From assembly GCA_964016885.1 (NCBI GenBank), contig OZ024752.1, positions 26,474,001 to 26,538,000 of the forward strand: a DNA stretch of 64,000 nt, in the 5' to 3' direction. Numbering within the stretch: position 1 is the stretch's first letter; every line of letters starts with the position of its first letter. Both the position numbers and the translations under genes were made by a program. Shown here one piece after another: positions 28,457-42,784 of the stretch. A model generated the notes under the pieces. It saw only the letters and a program-made list of their open reading frames with translations, was not told the origin of the DNA and did no database searches. The stretch comes from Eledone cirrhosa. Its lineage: Eukaryota.

Positions 28457-31400
28457 TTTTCTCTTTCTCTTAATTTCGAGTATAATTTTTTGACCGGCCA
28501 CCTTCCTGGTGGCAAGGTTGTAAACGAAAAGAAATTGTCATCCCTTGAATCGCAAGAATGTTTTGCAAATTTTGAAGGTGCCAGCTATCGCAGCCATTTG
28601 TAGACTATGAATTAGGGAGCTGCGCTTTTTGTCCGCAAATCCAAGTTCAGTCATACTTTGGTCCAAGCGGGTTGGTATATAACCCGTAGCACCAATAATG
28701 ATGGGTATGAAGCTAAAGGTGTATCTTGGATACTGGATTTGTAAACTCCTCATCAATGGTCCGTAGATGTCCTCCTTCTCCTGTATTTTTCTGACAACGT
28801 TTACATCAAGTGGGCAGCTGATCTCCACAACAGAACACGTTTTCAATGTGTGGTCCCAAACTACAATATCAGGCCGGTTGTGCTTTAATTTGGCGGCAGT
28901 TTTTATTTTCAGGTTCCACCAGTATTCCTTAGTGCTATCTGTCTCAATATATTCTTTCTCGTTTGTTGTTAATTTTGTTTTCCGAAGTGCGTTCCAGATG
29001 GTTCTAGCTATCCCATCGTGTCTCATGGGGAGGTAGTAGTGAGATGACATTCTTTCGCAGCTGGCAACAATGTGGCTTACATCCTCGATCTTTGTTTTAC
29101 ATAGCCTACATTTATTGTCCGCTGCTGACCCTCCTCTTTTGTGCAGCAGATATTTGGTAGGGAGTTCTTGTTCCTGTATTGCATAGAGATATCCCTCAAG
29201 GTGTGATGTCATAAACTTGTCGGAACTCCATGCCAGGCTTTTTGAGTGGTTTATCCCCTCTATGGTCTGTGTTTTACGCCTCAAGTATCCATGCACAACT
29301 TTTTCTGTAAATTGGTCAATTTTTTTATCTTGTTTGAACATTGAATAGGATCTTCCGATTTCTCTGGGTGAGAGATTTATATCAGGCTTTATTCCATATC
29401 TCTCCTCCAGATCAGTCGCTATTCTAATGATATTTCTTTTTTCATGCTCATAAACCTGGGCAAGATGGTTGCCAACCTTTTTCCTCTGTTGAAGGTGTTG
29501 CTTCAGTGTTACTATCCGGGTATCATATGTTGTTAATATTGATTTTAGACCCCGGCCACCTTCCTTGCGTGAGAAGTATAGCCTATCCACATCACCATTG
29601 ATGTTAAAGTTCCCAGTAACACTGAGAAGTTTTCGAGTTCTAACATCCATCTCACTTAGTTCTTGCAATGACCAGTTCAGTAGGCCAAATGTTGGCGTTA
29701 GAATTGGCACAGCATAAGTATTGTGGGCAATGTATTTGTTGTATGCTGACAGTTCTGATGACCATATTTTCTTTACTCTTCTGAGGTATTCAGTTCTGGT
29801 TCTCTCCTTATTTATGGGTCCATCATATCTGACATTCTCATCCTGTCCAAGATATCTGTAGTTATCACCTGACTGCAGAGGTTGTATTGTCAGGCCGTTC
29901 ATCTCTAGATTTCTAGAGGAGGGCACAGCTCTTCCACGTTTTACTGCCAAATATGCACACTTGGACTCACCAAATTTCATTTTGATGTCGGTTGAAAATT
30001 GTGTAATGAGGTCCAATTGTTTCTTGATGTCATTGATATTTGGCCCATACAGCTTCAGGTCATCAACAAAGAAAAGATGGGAGATACTTCTGGGCCCACT
30101 TCTTTGTCCACCTTGTTTCCTGAGTAGGTAAGATAGTGGATTCAGTGAGAGAACGAAGAGTAGCACTGACAAGCTATCACCCTGAAAAATGCCCTTCTGG
30201 TAATGTATCTTATCAGTCCTAACCTGCTCCTTCTCACCTCTAAGGATCAAATTGGTGTACCAGTTCTTGGTCAGGCGTTCAACAGCAGCTACCAATGGTT
30301 GTGGGACTTTAGCTAACTGTAAAGCCGTAATAATCCACCCATGATGTACACTATCAAATGCTTTTTGATAGTCCAGCCACACCACAGTCATGTTTCTGCG
30401 ATTCTTTGTTGTTTTTTCCTGAATCATTTTGTTAGTTAGTAGGTGATCTCTGCAACCCCACACCTCTTTCTTTCCACCAGCTTGCTCAGGTGTTATGATG
30501 TTGTTGGTAGCACAGTGATCCTGTAAGAACAGGTTAAGGCACCCAGTATATAATTTATACATGATGTTTTGGCAGGCAATTGGGCGGTAATTTTTAGCAA
30601 GGGTGGTTTGGCTATTTTGGGGAATGAGGAGAGTAGTGGCAGTTGATAACCATCTGGGCAGTTCTTGTGTGCCCTTAATGGTTTCTGTAAACAGCCGTAT
30701 GAGATCTTGCCGATAGAAAGTGAAATTCTTCAACCAGTATCCTGTAATGAGGTCTGGGCCTGGCGATTTCCTATTCGACATTTTCTGTAGAGCTGTTTCC
30801 AGTATTGACCCATCTATGTCATATTGTTTTGTCTGGACATGTTGGCAGTAGTCCTGTTCCAGTTCTTTTAGCCAATTAGCTTGTCTGTTGAATCCGTCAT
30901 CCGTTTCCCCTACAGATCTCCAGTAGCTCTCAACCTGTTCTTTTGAAGGGGTGTCGGTTACAGGGATTGAGCTTTTGCCACCTAAGCTGCGATAAACTGA
31001 TTTAGGATCTCTGGCAAACAATCTATTTAGCACTTGTCGTTTATGTGCTGTTGACTTATATTTTAGTCTTTCTGTTGTAGCTGTGAGTTGTTGTTTCAAC
31101 TGGTGTAATTTGGAGTTCAAAGTTTTAAATCGTCTCTCTAACTTTTTCTTTAGGTCTTCCTGGTGTCGTGTGAAGTTGCTCTCTATGTTGCATTTCATAA
31201 CGACTGCGATGTGTGAGATACTTCGTCTCAGGGACAAAATTTTGGTTTTTAAATTTCGCATCCACGCTGGTTCAGGCTTTCTGTTTGTATCTTGATTGCG
31301 TGGTTTTAGATGTGTGTTATATGATAGCAATGTGACAGCTGAAACATATAACAAAACATTAAGCGTTTCAAATGTCGTTTCTACACCTTTAGATCGTATA

Positions 31401-31478
31401 GCCTTCAGATAATTGCCAGCTATTTCGTTCACCGCTTCCAATTCCAATTTAGTGTGTTCTTTACTGACTCTAGTGTTG
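28457..31478 (-). mobile_element. R4/Dong-clade non-LTR retrotransposon (RT + restriction-like endonuclease), 5'-truncated, remaining ORF uninterrupted
   Basis: RT motifs NYRPIAC, WLDYQKAFDSV, GIFQGDSLS, HLFFVDDLKLY and YRYLG. CCHC knuckle CRLC..HIVASC, then RHD, RPD..EISCP and KEDIY. Flanked by (TGTA)n. The N-terminal HTYI repeats of the listed ORF are microsatellite read-through. Confidence 0.92.
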
Positions 31479-32730
31479 TATGTATGTATGTATGTATGTA
31501 TGTATGTATGTATGTATGTATGTATGTATGTATGTATGTATGTATGTATGTATGTATGTATGTACGTACGTACGTACGTACGTACGTACGTATGTATGTA
31601 TCTATGTACGTATATATATATGTATGTACGTATGTATGTATATATGTATGTATGTACGTATGTATGTATGTGTATATGCTTGTATATATAGATGTATGTA
31701 TGTATGTAAACGCAATATACGTATGCGTATACACACCTCATGGAAAAATGTTTATGACTTATGACCCTAAGCAATTTAGGAATATATAATTAGCTATATT
31801 GCGTATACATACGTACACATATATGCATATATACACAGTGTATATATACACAGTTGGAAACGTGAGTATGGCACTTATACTGGAAGATGCCATACAACGA
31901 CAGGCCTTCAGTCCTCAACAGCTCTGGAGTCCCCACCCAACACCATCAAAGTGACGGAGTGAACTGCAAGACCAAGAGGTCAACCAAGATTGATATAGAA
32001 AACGACCTTACTCGTCATTTGGGACCCCTATGGCCAAAGCTGGCCCTTGACCGATGTCACTGGAAGTAGTTCAATGAGAAGAACTCCTCCTCTAGGAGTG
32101 ATAATGCCCTGATGATATGAATTAGCAATCAAATACGCGTAACCCTTTAAATATCAGTATATATATATATTAGAAAGTGATTTATTTTTTTACAAAATGA
32201 AAAATAACCGAGGTGTCCTACACGAGTGAAAGTATAAAGAAAAAAAGATGAAATCGAAAATGCAACTGGAGTCTTATTTAAAAAAATATATATATATTTA
32301 TTTGGTTCCTTTACTGGTTTCGCAGTTCTTCTGCTTTTCAAAAGTAGAGTTGAGAGAGAGTGTCTGTGGTTTTTCATTTGGGTTTGTTGGTTCACCACTG
32401 GATAGAACTGGTCATTCCGTATGCTCAACCTCGATGTGATATTATGGAGAGCACTCAACGTAATGCGACTCACTCGTCTTCTTTTGTGTTGTTGGTGGTG
32501 CGAGTACGGAGTTAATTATTATAAAATAACAGGAGGCTGGACTGGTGTAATTCCTTAAAGGTTTATCATACTACAAACATTTCAATGACCGGGTTCAGTA
32601 TGAATCCGGTGACATCATCAGGTATTCGAAATTTAACAAAGGAATATAATCCATGGGGCTGAAAAGGCACACATTTAGCAGTTTCTAGTCCGGTCGGCCG
32701 CCCTCAATATAATATACATATATATATATA

Positions 32731-32924
32731 TCTTAGCCTTAGCCTTAGTTCCTCCAGTCCCTTGTGGAACATTGGGCGACGAGCTTCCTCTAGTTGATCC
32801 TGTCACTGGCGGCCCTTCTAGCACCTCTCCAGGTAATCCCATCTCCCGCAGGTCCTCCCTGAATGTGCTCCCCATGTCTTTCGTGGTCTTTCCCGTTCTC
32901 TCCTGCCACCTTCTGGTACCCAAT

Positions 32925-32925
<1 letters not shown>
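32731..32925 (-). mobile_element. RTE-clade LINE 3' fragment
   Basis: Frameshifted RGRPRKTWGSTFREDLREMG..ASDRIN*RKLVAQC followed by a (ctaagg)n tail. Similar decayed RTE ends at about 200-365, 10130-10310 and 31855-32110. Confidence 0.65.
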
Positions 32926-32999
<74 letters not shown>

Positions 33000-33108
33000 T
33001 GTGTATGTGTGTGTGTGTGTGGATTGTGTATATATGATCTATCTATGTATCTATCTATCTCTATCTCTGTCTGTTTCTCTCTCTCTCCCCCTCTCTCTCT
33101 CTCCCTCC

Positions 33109-33142
<34 letters not shown>

Positions 33143-33517
33143 TGAGGGGGAACGCCAAGAGAGAGATAGGGGTTAGAGCATTAGACTTGCAATCGAAAGG
33201 TTGTGAGTTCAATTCTCGGACCGGGTGATGTGTGGTTTCCTTGAGCAAGACACTTTACTTCACGTTGCCCCAGTTTACTTAGCTGTAGAAAAGAGATGAT
33301 AGTACTGAGGTCCCTATCATTAAATCACCCAAGACACCTCCAGCGAGATATTCCTCAGAGGAGGCCAGCTAACCCCTGCATATGTGTGAGCTGTAACAAC
33401 AAAAACAACAGCATAAAGGGCCATAACATGCAAAGCATGGCGTCAGACCCTCTACAGATACTGCCAATCCACCACCCTTTATCAATAATAATATTCACTT
33501 ATTTATTTTATTTTCAG

Positions 33518-33645
33518 AATGTCCAAATTGACCAGTTGGGAAGCTATTTTCTACAACATCAAGCAGGATGCTCTGTATGACAGCAGAGACCCTGCAGTTA
33601 AGGCTGTGCTTAGAGATCTGGTAGAACAACCGATTGAAGAAGTTG
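33518..33645 (+). CDS. FAM20C: FAM20C-like kinase, coding exon 2
   Basis: Acceptor ttttcag. Encodes MSKLTSWEAIFYNIKQDALYDSRDPAVKAVLRDLVEQPIEEV. Donor GTAAGA at 33646, phase 1. Confidence 0.88.
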
Positions 33646-33735
33646 GTAAGACAACAACCGATTTTATGTATGCCTTACTAATTAAAACACCTTTTACATA
33701 TATGTGAATATGTATATACATACATACATAATAAC

Positions 33736-33778
<43 letters not shown>

Positions 33779-35531
33779 GAAATAAAAATAGAGCAAGAAA
33801 CAAGGACTATCCGTCATCGGTGATCTTCTGACTATCATCGGTATTTCTTCGCATTAAAGACCAGATACCTCAAGTCAGTGGGAGCAATAACTAAAATAAG
33901 TTATTGGAATAAAAAGAAGTGGGTGGAGAAAGAGAGACATGTAAACAAACAGAAATGGTAAGGCAACGTAAAGAGAGGAAAATGAGAAAACAAGTCAGTG
34001 ATACATGTGAACTTAAGTTCGAGCAAATCATAGACGAGAAGAAGAAAGAGGACGCGTCCGAACCCTGCGAAATGTGAGCGAGAAAAGGATTTCACACAGG
34101 TCACACGGGAGGAAATGAAAGAGGGGGAGTAGCAGAGAGTGAGTGAGTGAAAGTGTGAGGAAGAGGCTAGCCGAGAGAGGGTGAACAGCAGACGCTCCGA
34201 ATTTGTAGAGGAGCTCGACAGTACAGGGTCCAAATTTTGAAGATGATATTTTGTCAAGAACTAATACAAATCAGGTTCATTGTGAAAGCCTTTGTACGAC
34301 AAATAAATTTGTGAAGGGGTTCTGTATATTTTTAATGTTTAACTCTAGTTCAGCCCTGATAAAGCAGACATGAACAAACGTGTTTCAGTTGTGAACATAG
34401 AATTTTATCTATTTTGAGCAACAAACACTTCGTTTTCCAAAGAGAGTATGGTTTTATTTGAGAGGGATGTGGCTGCTTGAAACATTCAGATATTTTTTGT
34501 ACCTTGAGTATTTTATAAATATGTAATTATGTCATTGGATACTTTTATACTTTTATAGTAATACTAGACTACCCGTGACCCGCTGGATCACGTTCACTTA
34601 GAAGTATTTCTTTTTAAAATCATGTTCACTTAAGAATAATTTTGAAATGATTAAAATATACACATACATGAATATAATGTAAAATGAAATTGGAAGGCCC
34701 ATATATATATATATATATATATGTGTTTGTGTGTGTGTGTGTGCGTACATATATATATATATATGTGAGTGTGTGTGTATATATGCTGAATAGGACCCGT
34801 CTAACCCTTGCAAGCAAGGAAAAGCGGACGTAAAATGATGATGATGATGATGATGATGAAATGCGTGTGTGTGTGTGTGGGGGGGGGGGTATGTGACCTA
34901 TATAGACAGGTTACAGACACACACACACATATACACACAAACTTAGAAACCCTTCCTATTTAGCAGGAAATATTCGCTACATACATCCTATCCTAACACA
35001 AGTTGTATGGTAAATCTGACTTAATATTCAGTCACCAAAGTTACATTAATGCTGCATTCGATTTTTGAAGTCACCTGTTATAATTTCATTCAACAAAACC
35101 ACTACCTCTCTATCCCCCTCTCTTAGTTTCTACCTCTCTCTCTCTTTTAATCTACTATCTCACAACCAGTATATCTTTCTCTCTCTCTATTTATGAAGGT
35201 ACCCGGAAAAACCCCGTATCTCGGGAAACCATGCTCCGATTTACGTGAAACTTGTTTTATTCCATTTGTATTCCCATTTCAGGGGCAATTTCCTTTCAAA
35301 GTATTTCCCTATTATGCACCGTTTTGGCTGTATTAAATTACAAACAAGTAATCACAGAGTTTTAGTAGTATACAAGCTTACAATCAGCAGAATGGCCCGG
35401 CGTTGCTCGGGATTTTCTCAAGGGTTCTTTTATATTTGATATATATTTATCCTTATCGAACCTCGTGAAATAAATACGTTTGTTTATAATTTGTTATTTT
35501 GTATGCAAAAATATCTGTACACGAATATATA

Positions 35532-35578
<47 letters not shown>

Positions 35579-35761
35579 AGAGAAGTACGGAATACCTCGG
35601 CCTCGGGATGGTGTCTACATTTTGTGCTTATAAAAAAAATTCGTCGTAGATTACCAGGAGTTTTTTTCGTGCGAAGTAAATCAATACTTTATCGCGAAAT
35701 AAATACTTTTGTTTATATTTTGTTTATTGTATATGCAAAAATATCTGTACACGAATATATC

Positions 35762-35797
<36 letters not shown>

Positions 35798-36663
35798 TAA
35801 CAGATTAAAGTTTAACCAAAGAATCGCTGCTTTCACCCTTAACGGTATCTTCTACCTAAAAGCAGTATGAAGTACACTAAGACTAACTGATGTAATCGTA
35901 TGTAATCGCCGGCCTTGTTTGTTTATATTTTGTTCTTGTGTATGCATCGTATGTAATCGTTGCCCTTGATTGTTTATATTTTGTTTTTGTGTATGCAAAA
36001 AAATATATATATATTAAAATAACATATTAAAGTTTAAGCAAATAATCGCTGCTTTCAACCTTAACGGGATCTTCTAAAACTAAAAAAATCAATCTGTGAA
36101 CGCAGATGTAAATATTTCGAAAAACGTTGCAACCGAAGGAAGACGATACTTTGGTTCGTGAAGACGTTCCCTGGCATAAGAATATATATATATACACACA
36201 CACTATAAATACATATATACACACACTGATCGCGTCATAATGACGTAATGCAGACAGCCAGGCATACAGACAGATATTATAAGGGTGCAGCGTTATATCT
36301 ATGTATCTATCTAAAAAGAGAAAGACTAAGTTATATAGAGAGATCGCTAAATCGCTTAATGCGGTCCCTAGGGAATAGAAAATTTGAATTTTTTTCACTC
36401 AAAACACTAACAGGACCATAAGTATTACATGTGTAAAGTTTGAAAAAACTCGGTTGGGTGGTTCTCGAGTTTTAGTGATTGGACAGACAAACAGGCAAAC
36501 ATACATTCTCTGTTTTAGTAATATAGATATATTTCTTTATTAGCCACAAGGGCGCACAAGAAAAGGGGACAATACAAAGACATGCCGGGGATTTTACATA
36601 CAGTCGTGTAAAAAATATAGATAGATAGATGGTCAACTTTATTTCTACAATTTTCTTTTTCAG

Positions 36664-36742
36664 AAATGAAGTCTGGTGGCACACAACTGAAGCTGATTTT
36701 TACATTTGAGAACGAAGGCCGTGCTTTATTTAAACCCATGAG
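36664..36742 (+). CDS. FAM20C: FAM20C-like kinase, coding exon 3 (GGTQLK loop and catalytic Lys)
   Basis: Encodes [27 protein letters not shown], matching the Fam20[10 protein letters not shown]...ALFKPM motif. Acceptor tttcag, donor GTAAAT. Confidence 0.95.
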
Positions 36743-37009
36743 GTAAATAGCATATTTTTTTACGAATTAGAACAAAAAAATATATAGTTTTCTTTAATCC
36801 TTTTGATACCTTAAAACTGCACTTCTCTAACTTCTACTTGGTGGGATTTGAACTCAGGACCTAAAGTAACGCAATTAAATACAAGATATTTATTCAAAGA
36901 TCGCAGAGTGTAAATTTAGGCAGATTTGGCTGCTATTTCCAATCGGTTGAACGTCCGGATAAAATATCTTTTATTGGTACATTTACTCTTTGAAAAGGTT
37001 GAAAAAAGT

Positions 37010-37100
<91 letters not shown>

Positions 37101-37698
37101 ACGCATACACACACACAGACACATACACACACACACGCGCACACACATACACACACACAGACACACACACACACACACCCACCGTCCCCCACACATACAT
37201 ATCCCCCCCTGGACCCCCCCACACACACAACCCGATCCACACACATACATACGCGCACCACCACCACCCCTCCACACACAGCCCCCTACACACATACACA
37301 CCCCGCACACACATACACACATACGTAAAAGGTTTTGTGAAAGAAAAAAAAACTATGACATTAGTGTATTTGGTGAATTGAGTGGAAAACAGTATTTTTG
37401 CTTCAAAATTAACGAGATGGATGATCTAACATTTTATGGTAGAGTGTAAGTTATTTTTCTTTCGACTTGTAAGTAAACTAATTTCTCGTTTACGGCGGGA
37501 AGTGGACAGAAGTAATATTATTTTTCCTTTGAACTTATGAGATAACTGATATGTATGTGTCGATGTGTAGTGGGGTGGTCGCATGCAGTAAAATCCTTTC
37601 GTATTGTTTGGAAGCTTTCCCAATATTTTAATCATTTTTCTTCTTTTATTTCTAGGTAGAGGTGAGTTGTAGTGTGTGTATATATCTATATCTATCTA

Positions 37699-37753
<55 letters not shown>

Positions 37754-39373
37754 ATGCATGTGTGTGTATGCATGTGTGTGTATATGTGTGGGTATGTGTG
37801 TCTATTTGTCTGTCTGCATGACTATGTGTATGCATTTCTACACACACACAAACACACACACATATATATATGTAAAACTAGTTTTGTTTGAAATATGAGA
37901 CGAAAAATAGTTTTACAGTTTTATAAATATTCATCTACATTCATTTTTGTTTCAAATTATCTAATTATTTGCTTCGTTTAAAACTATGATGTAAGCGACA
38001 TTTGTATGGATGAGGGGAGATAGAGGGCTGGTAATTTTGTTTTAATGATTTAGTCAAACGAGGAAGGGCAGCACCCGTGACACTTTTTATGGTTCCCGTG
38101 ACTGCTGTGAAGAAGAACGGAAATTCTTCTAAGATTGGAGACCTGACTCGAATACTAGCCACAGAGTAGATTCCGCTAAAGATACCCAGAATTATGGTAG
38201 TGATGTTAACCCGGGTCAGAGATTAAGTTTATCGCCTAAGGACATCAGTTATTTCTCTGACGAGCTTCCATAAATAAATGCCTGAAATATAACGCAGTAC
38301 GTTCGAACACCAGACTACGAAGTAACACAACGAATTTCTTAACGACAGAGAAAGGCTTGATTACAAAATAAACTTTTTAATATTTGCTTCTTCCCCCATT
38401 TCTATTAAAATACTTAAAGTAATTATAGTTATCGGTTTGGTCAAGGAAAACGAGAGAAATAAGAATGGCAGAGTAAGTAGTTTGTTCGATACACCAGTTG
38501 ATTGCTATGGGTTTCATTTCTAGCATTTCGTTTCACCACTGCACCCTGTTTAATGCTAAGACATATAACTTGAAGTTGAATTCCCCTAGTTTAAAGTAGG
38601 TATCTCTCATTACTTGTAAAAGGGTACTTACTACTCAACACGTGAATCTACCTAGTTGTAAATAAATAGCTTTTAATAAACAATGATACTTAACTGTAAA
38701 CACTCTTGAAAGTGAAGTCCATCGAGTGGTTTTTTTTTTTTTACATTATACTACGCTACAGAATGTATGTACGGGTTATTAACCAAGTCTTTGTATAGAA
38801 CGATGCGTACATTTTTGTTTTATATACAATACTTTCGTGGACAGAAAAAGTGGGATCAGCTGGCTTAGTTTCAATCCTATGTTGAGAATTCAATAGCGAC
38901 CGAATATCTTCGTGGAGAGTTGTAGAGTTGTAACATCAATCGTCCTCAGATGGCATTCTTATATATCAAGAGCGATATTTCAATATGTGGAAAACTTATC
39001 CCTCCACCACCATTATAGCCCGTGGTTGCCTTATCTTCCTTTCAGCCATATTATATCCGCTATTAGGTTATTTGTATATTTATCAATTTTCATGGCGGTA
39101 GAATAATATTTAATGCAAATTTAGTTGCAATACATTGCACATCTATCGACCGTCTACAGACTTCCTCGCTAGCAAAAATAGTATTCCAGATCTATTTGAC
39201 AGCAATTTCTTACGGTGGTATTCTTGAGGTGGTATTAACGGTTGGTTTGCTGGTGGTGTATGTTGATGAGGATGGTGTTGGTGGTGCTGGTAGTCATGAT
39301 TGTATCAATGATAATGATGTCAATATTTATGATGAGCAGAATGATGATAGTGGTGTATTTTCTACACTTTCAG

Positions 39374-39466
39374 ATTCCCGCGTGACAAGGAGACCTTACC
39401 AAATCATTTCTACTTCGTTGACTTTGAACGTCACAATGCCGAAATTGCAGCTTTCCATCTCGATAG
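39374..39466 (+). CDS. FAM20C: FAM20C-like kinase, coding exon 4
   Basis: Encodes [31 protein letters not shown]. The ERHNAE Glu, which is Gln in pseudokinase Fam20A, is retained. Acceptor tttcag, donor GTGATC. Confidence 0.95.
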
Positions 39467-39569
39467 GTGATCAAGGTTTTCTCAATCTATCTATAACACT
39501 TTCAGTGACATACTCTTTCACCTTTATATACATACAAACACACACATATATATAAATGTATATATATAT

Positions 39570-39668
<99 letters not shown>

Positions 39669-39688
39669 CATACACAAATACACACACA

Positions 39689-39805
<117 letters not shown>

Positions 39806-39992
39806 ATGTGTATATGATTCCTTTTCACATAGCACAAAACAACTGATCACACCACAATAACAACATTCATCACCACACAACATAAACGCAACATTATACA
39901 ATAGACCACATCTATCTTATTTCAAGCCATTAATTTTACTTTAACAACACCTTTCTCGCACATTTTCTATTTCGGCCATTTTATATACACAG

Positions 39993-40105
39993 GATACTCA
40001 ACTTTAATCGTGTCCCACCCAATTCCGGCCGTCTTATAAATATGACGCGAGATATCCGAAGACTTTCCGACAAGAAGCTGGCGAAAACCTTTTTTGTATC
40101 ACCAG
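39993..40105 (+). CDS. FAM20C: FAM20C-like kinase, coding exon 5
   Basis: Encodes ILNFNRVPPNSGRLINMTRDIRRLSDKKLAKTFFVSP. Acceptor cacag, donor GTAAGC. Confidence 0.95.
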
Positions 40106-41614
40106 GTAAGCAGAATTTGTATTCACGCTGCCTTTTATTAGTGGCATTAGCAGAAAAGCCATCCTTCGGGTGGTTTTCTGCTAGCATGTGTAGTGTGCAT
40201 ATTGATATTATACGCAAACATAAATACATATAGATATGATACATCAAATAAAATCGTAATTGACAATATACACAGAAATTGAACGAAGTCTGCGTTACAC
40301 TCTCTTCTGTAATCAGTAAAGTAATCCATGATACATTAAAAAAAGTAGATATTATATATAAACTGCATTAGGAGAAAATTAGCGACGGAAATATATGAAT
40401 GTTTATATAAGTGATGTAATAAATGTTATACTATAACGTGCGCTAATCGGAAGGGTTGACATTTGAAAATTTTAAAGAAGTGAATCTTAAAATAAGCAGT
40501 AAAATTATTTATATTTAACCAAAAGTTTGAGTTCAAATCGAGGTTAACTTTGCCTTTCATCCTTACGGGGTCGATAAAATAAAGTACCAGTAAGGTACTG
40601 GGTAATTGCTGGCCTTGTGCCAAAAGTAGAAACAATTATTTATTCAAGTAATCCAACTTATTTTACAAACGGCATAAAAAAATATATTCTGGACGCAGTC
40701 CCCCGCGCTCTCCCCCTTCACCATCCCCTGCTTGAGATTAACTCTCAATATTTAGTGCGTCGGGTTGAAATGAATCGCAGTATTTCGTCATGGAAATCTA
40801 CGTTGTTTCAATTCTTCCATGCTTCCATGAATGATCAATAGAATAAAGTATCCCTAAAGTACTGAGATCGGTACAATCGACTTTCTGCATCCCTAAAAGA
40901 ATTGTCGGCCTTGTGCCTAAATTAAAAACTGTTATTGGTATTTCCTGTGATGGAGGTGAATAGCAAACAACCTGAGCAACGGAGAAAATATATTTTCTTT
41001 ATCATTTCGGATAAACATAACCAGTACAAATTCTGCATGAGCAAGACACGGTCACCTGATCTGACTAGTCTCGCAACGGGACAACTCGTCTAACCCATGC
41101 TAGCGTGGAATAATGGACGTTAAACGATGATGATAACGATGACGATAACGAGACGACGACGACGACGACTCGTCTAATTTTAAAATAAATACAATTAAAT
41201 GTCGATCATGTTTGAGTTAGGCAGTGAATTGGCAGAGTCATTAGAACGTCGGATAGAATGTGTTGTAGTATTCATTTCGGCTCTCTGCTATCTGAGTTCG
41301 AATCCCACCGAGGTTAACTTTGCCTTTCCTCCATTCATGGTCGATAAAAAATACCAGTACTGGGGTCGATTCTTCCTCTATATCTCTTTCTCACTTCTTT
41401 TCTCTCACTCTCTCTATTCTTCTCTGGAAGAAATTTGCTGTGTTCAGGCCTGAAGAGGAGATGGGGTCTGCCAGTTTAAAAAAATGCCCTAGAAACACCC
41501 TCAGGAGGTACGGGTCCATACCATATGTTTGAGCTATTGATCTTCACCATAGATTTCTGCCAATGTAAAAAATTAGAGTAATAAGTCTTTCCATTAAATT
41601 ACATTTCATTACAG

Positions 41615-41905
41615 CCAATAATCTCTGTTTCCATGGAAGCTGCTCTTATTACTGTGATACAAGTCACGCTATCTGTGGCAACCCTGATATGCTGGAAGGA
41701 TCCTTTGCTCTCCTACTTCCGCCGGACAAGGTTGCGCCACGTAAAATATGGCGATCACCTTGGAGGCGATCTTATTCGAAGCATCGAAAAGCACTGTGGG
41801 AAATTTACGACGATTACTGCGACCAAGTTCGAATGAAGCCTCCATTCAACAAAGGACGTCGTCTGCTTGATATGACCGATATGGCTGTGTTTGATTTCCT
41901 GACAG
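41615..41905 (+). CDS. FAM20C: FAM20C-like kinase, coding exon 6
   Basis: Encodes [30 protein letters not shown]...WRSPWRRSY...DMAVFDFLT. Acceptor tacag, donor GTAAGT. Confidence 0.96.
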
Positions 41906-42745
41906 GTAAGTGTAATTGAAGAAGAAAGTTATTTTCTTCTATCTCAGTATTTATTCGATTTATTGCAGGTTTGGAGATGTTCCCCCGATTGATGCTCCAC
42001 TTCGTTTAATATTAGAGACATATCCCTATTATCAGGGTCGCAACGAGTTCGTTTTCTGCCCCCGAAGAAGCCGGTGTTAGGTGGCGAGATTTGAACTCAG
42101 AACGTTAAGAACTGGAACAAATCCACCGCCCTCCACTCTCTAAATAAGGAAAAGTTCTGAGTTCAGATACAGCTTAGGTCATCTTTGTCTTTCACCCTTT
42201 CGAAGTCGATAAATAAAATATCAACCCAGAACTGAGGTTAATTATTTTTCTATTTCCCTCTAGTGTTTCCTCTCTTTCTCTGGAAGAAAATCAGCTGTGT
42301 TCCGACCTGGAGAGGGATGGGTCCGTTCAACCAGGTTTAAAATGTCCCAAATATGCCGTATATCAGAATGGCATCCCTACAAATCCGTCAGATGTTAAGG
42401 GCGTCATTGCTTTATCTGTGCCATACGACCTGGCATGCTTCTTCATATGATTTAGGCACAAGACCAGCAAATTTTTTTTTGGGGGGAGAATGTCGATTGA
42501 AACAACTTCAGTACTTGACTGGTATTTCACACACACGCACACACACACACACACGCAAACGCACACACACACGCACTCACTTACACACACACACGCGGAC
42601 ACCCATATATATATATATATATCTACCTGAAATAGCAGGAATTTATTTTTTCCCATTGCTCCCTTTAAAATTTGAAATTGATTATAGTACCCCCCACCCA
42701 AACATACCCCCTCCCCCAGCTCACATAACTGATGATGCCTTTCAG

Positions 42746-42784
<39 letters not shown>

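Noticed and set aside
31479-31774. N-terminal about 100 aa of the listed 1078-aa ORF
   Set aside because: Read-through of the (TACA)n target. The element is 5'-truncated at about 31478, so this is not a full-length autonomous ORF.
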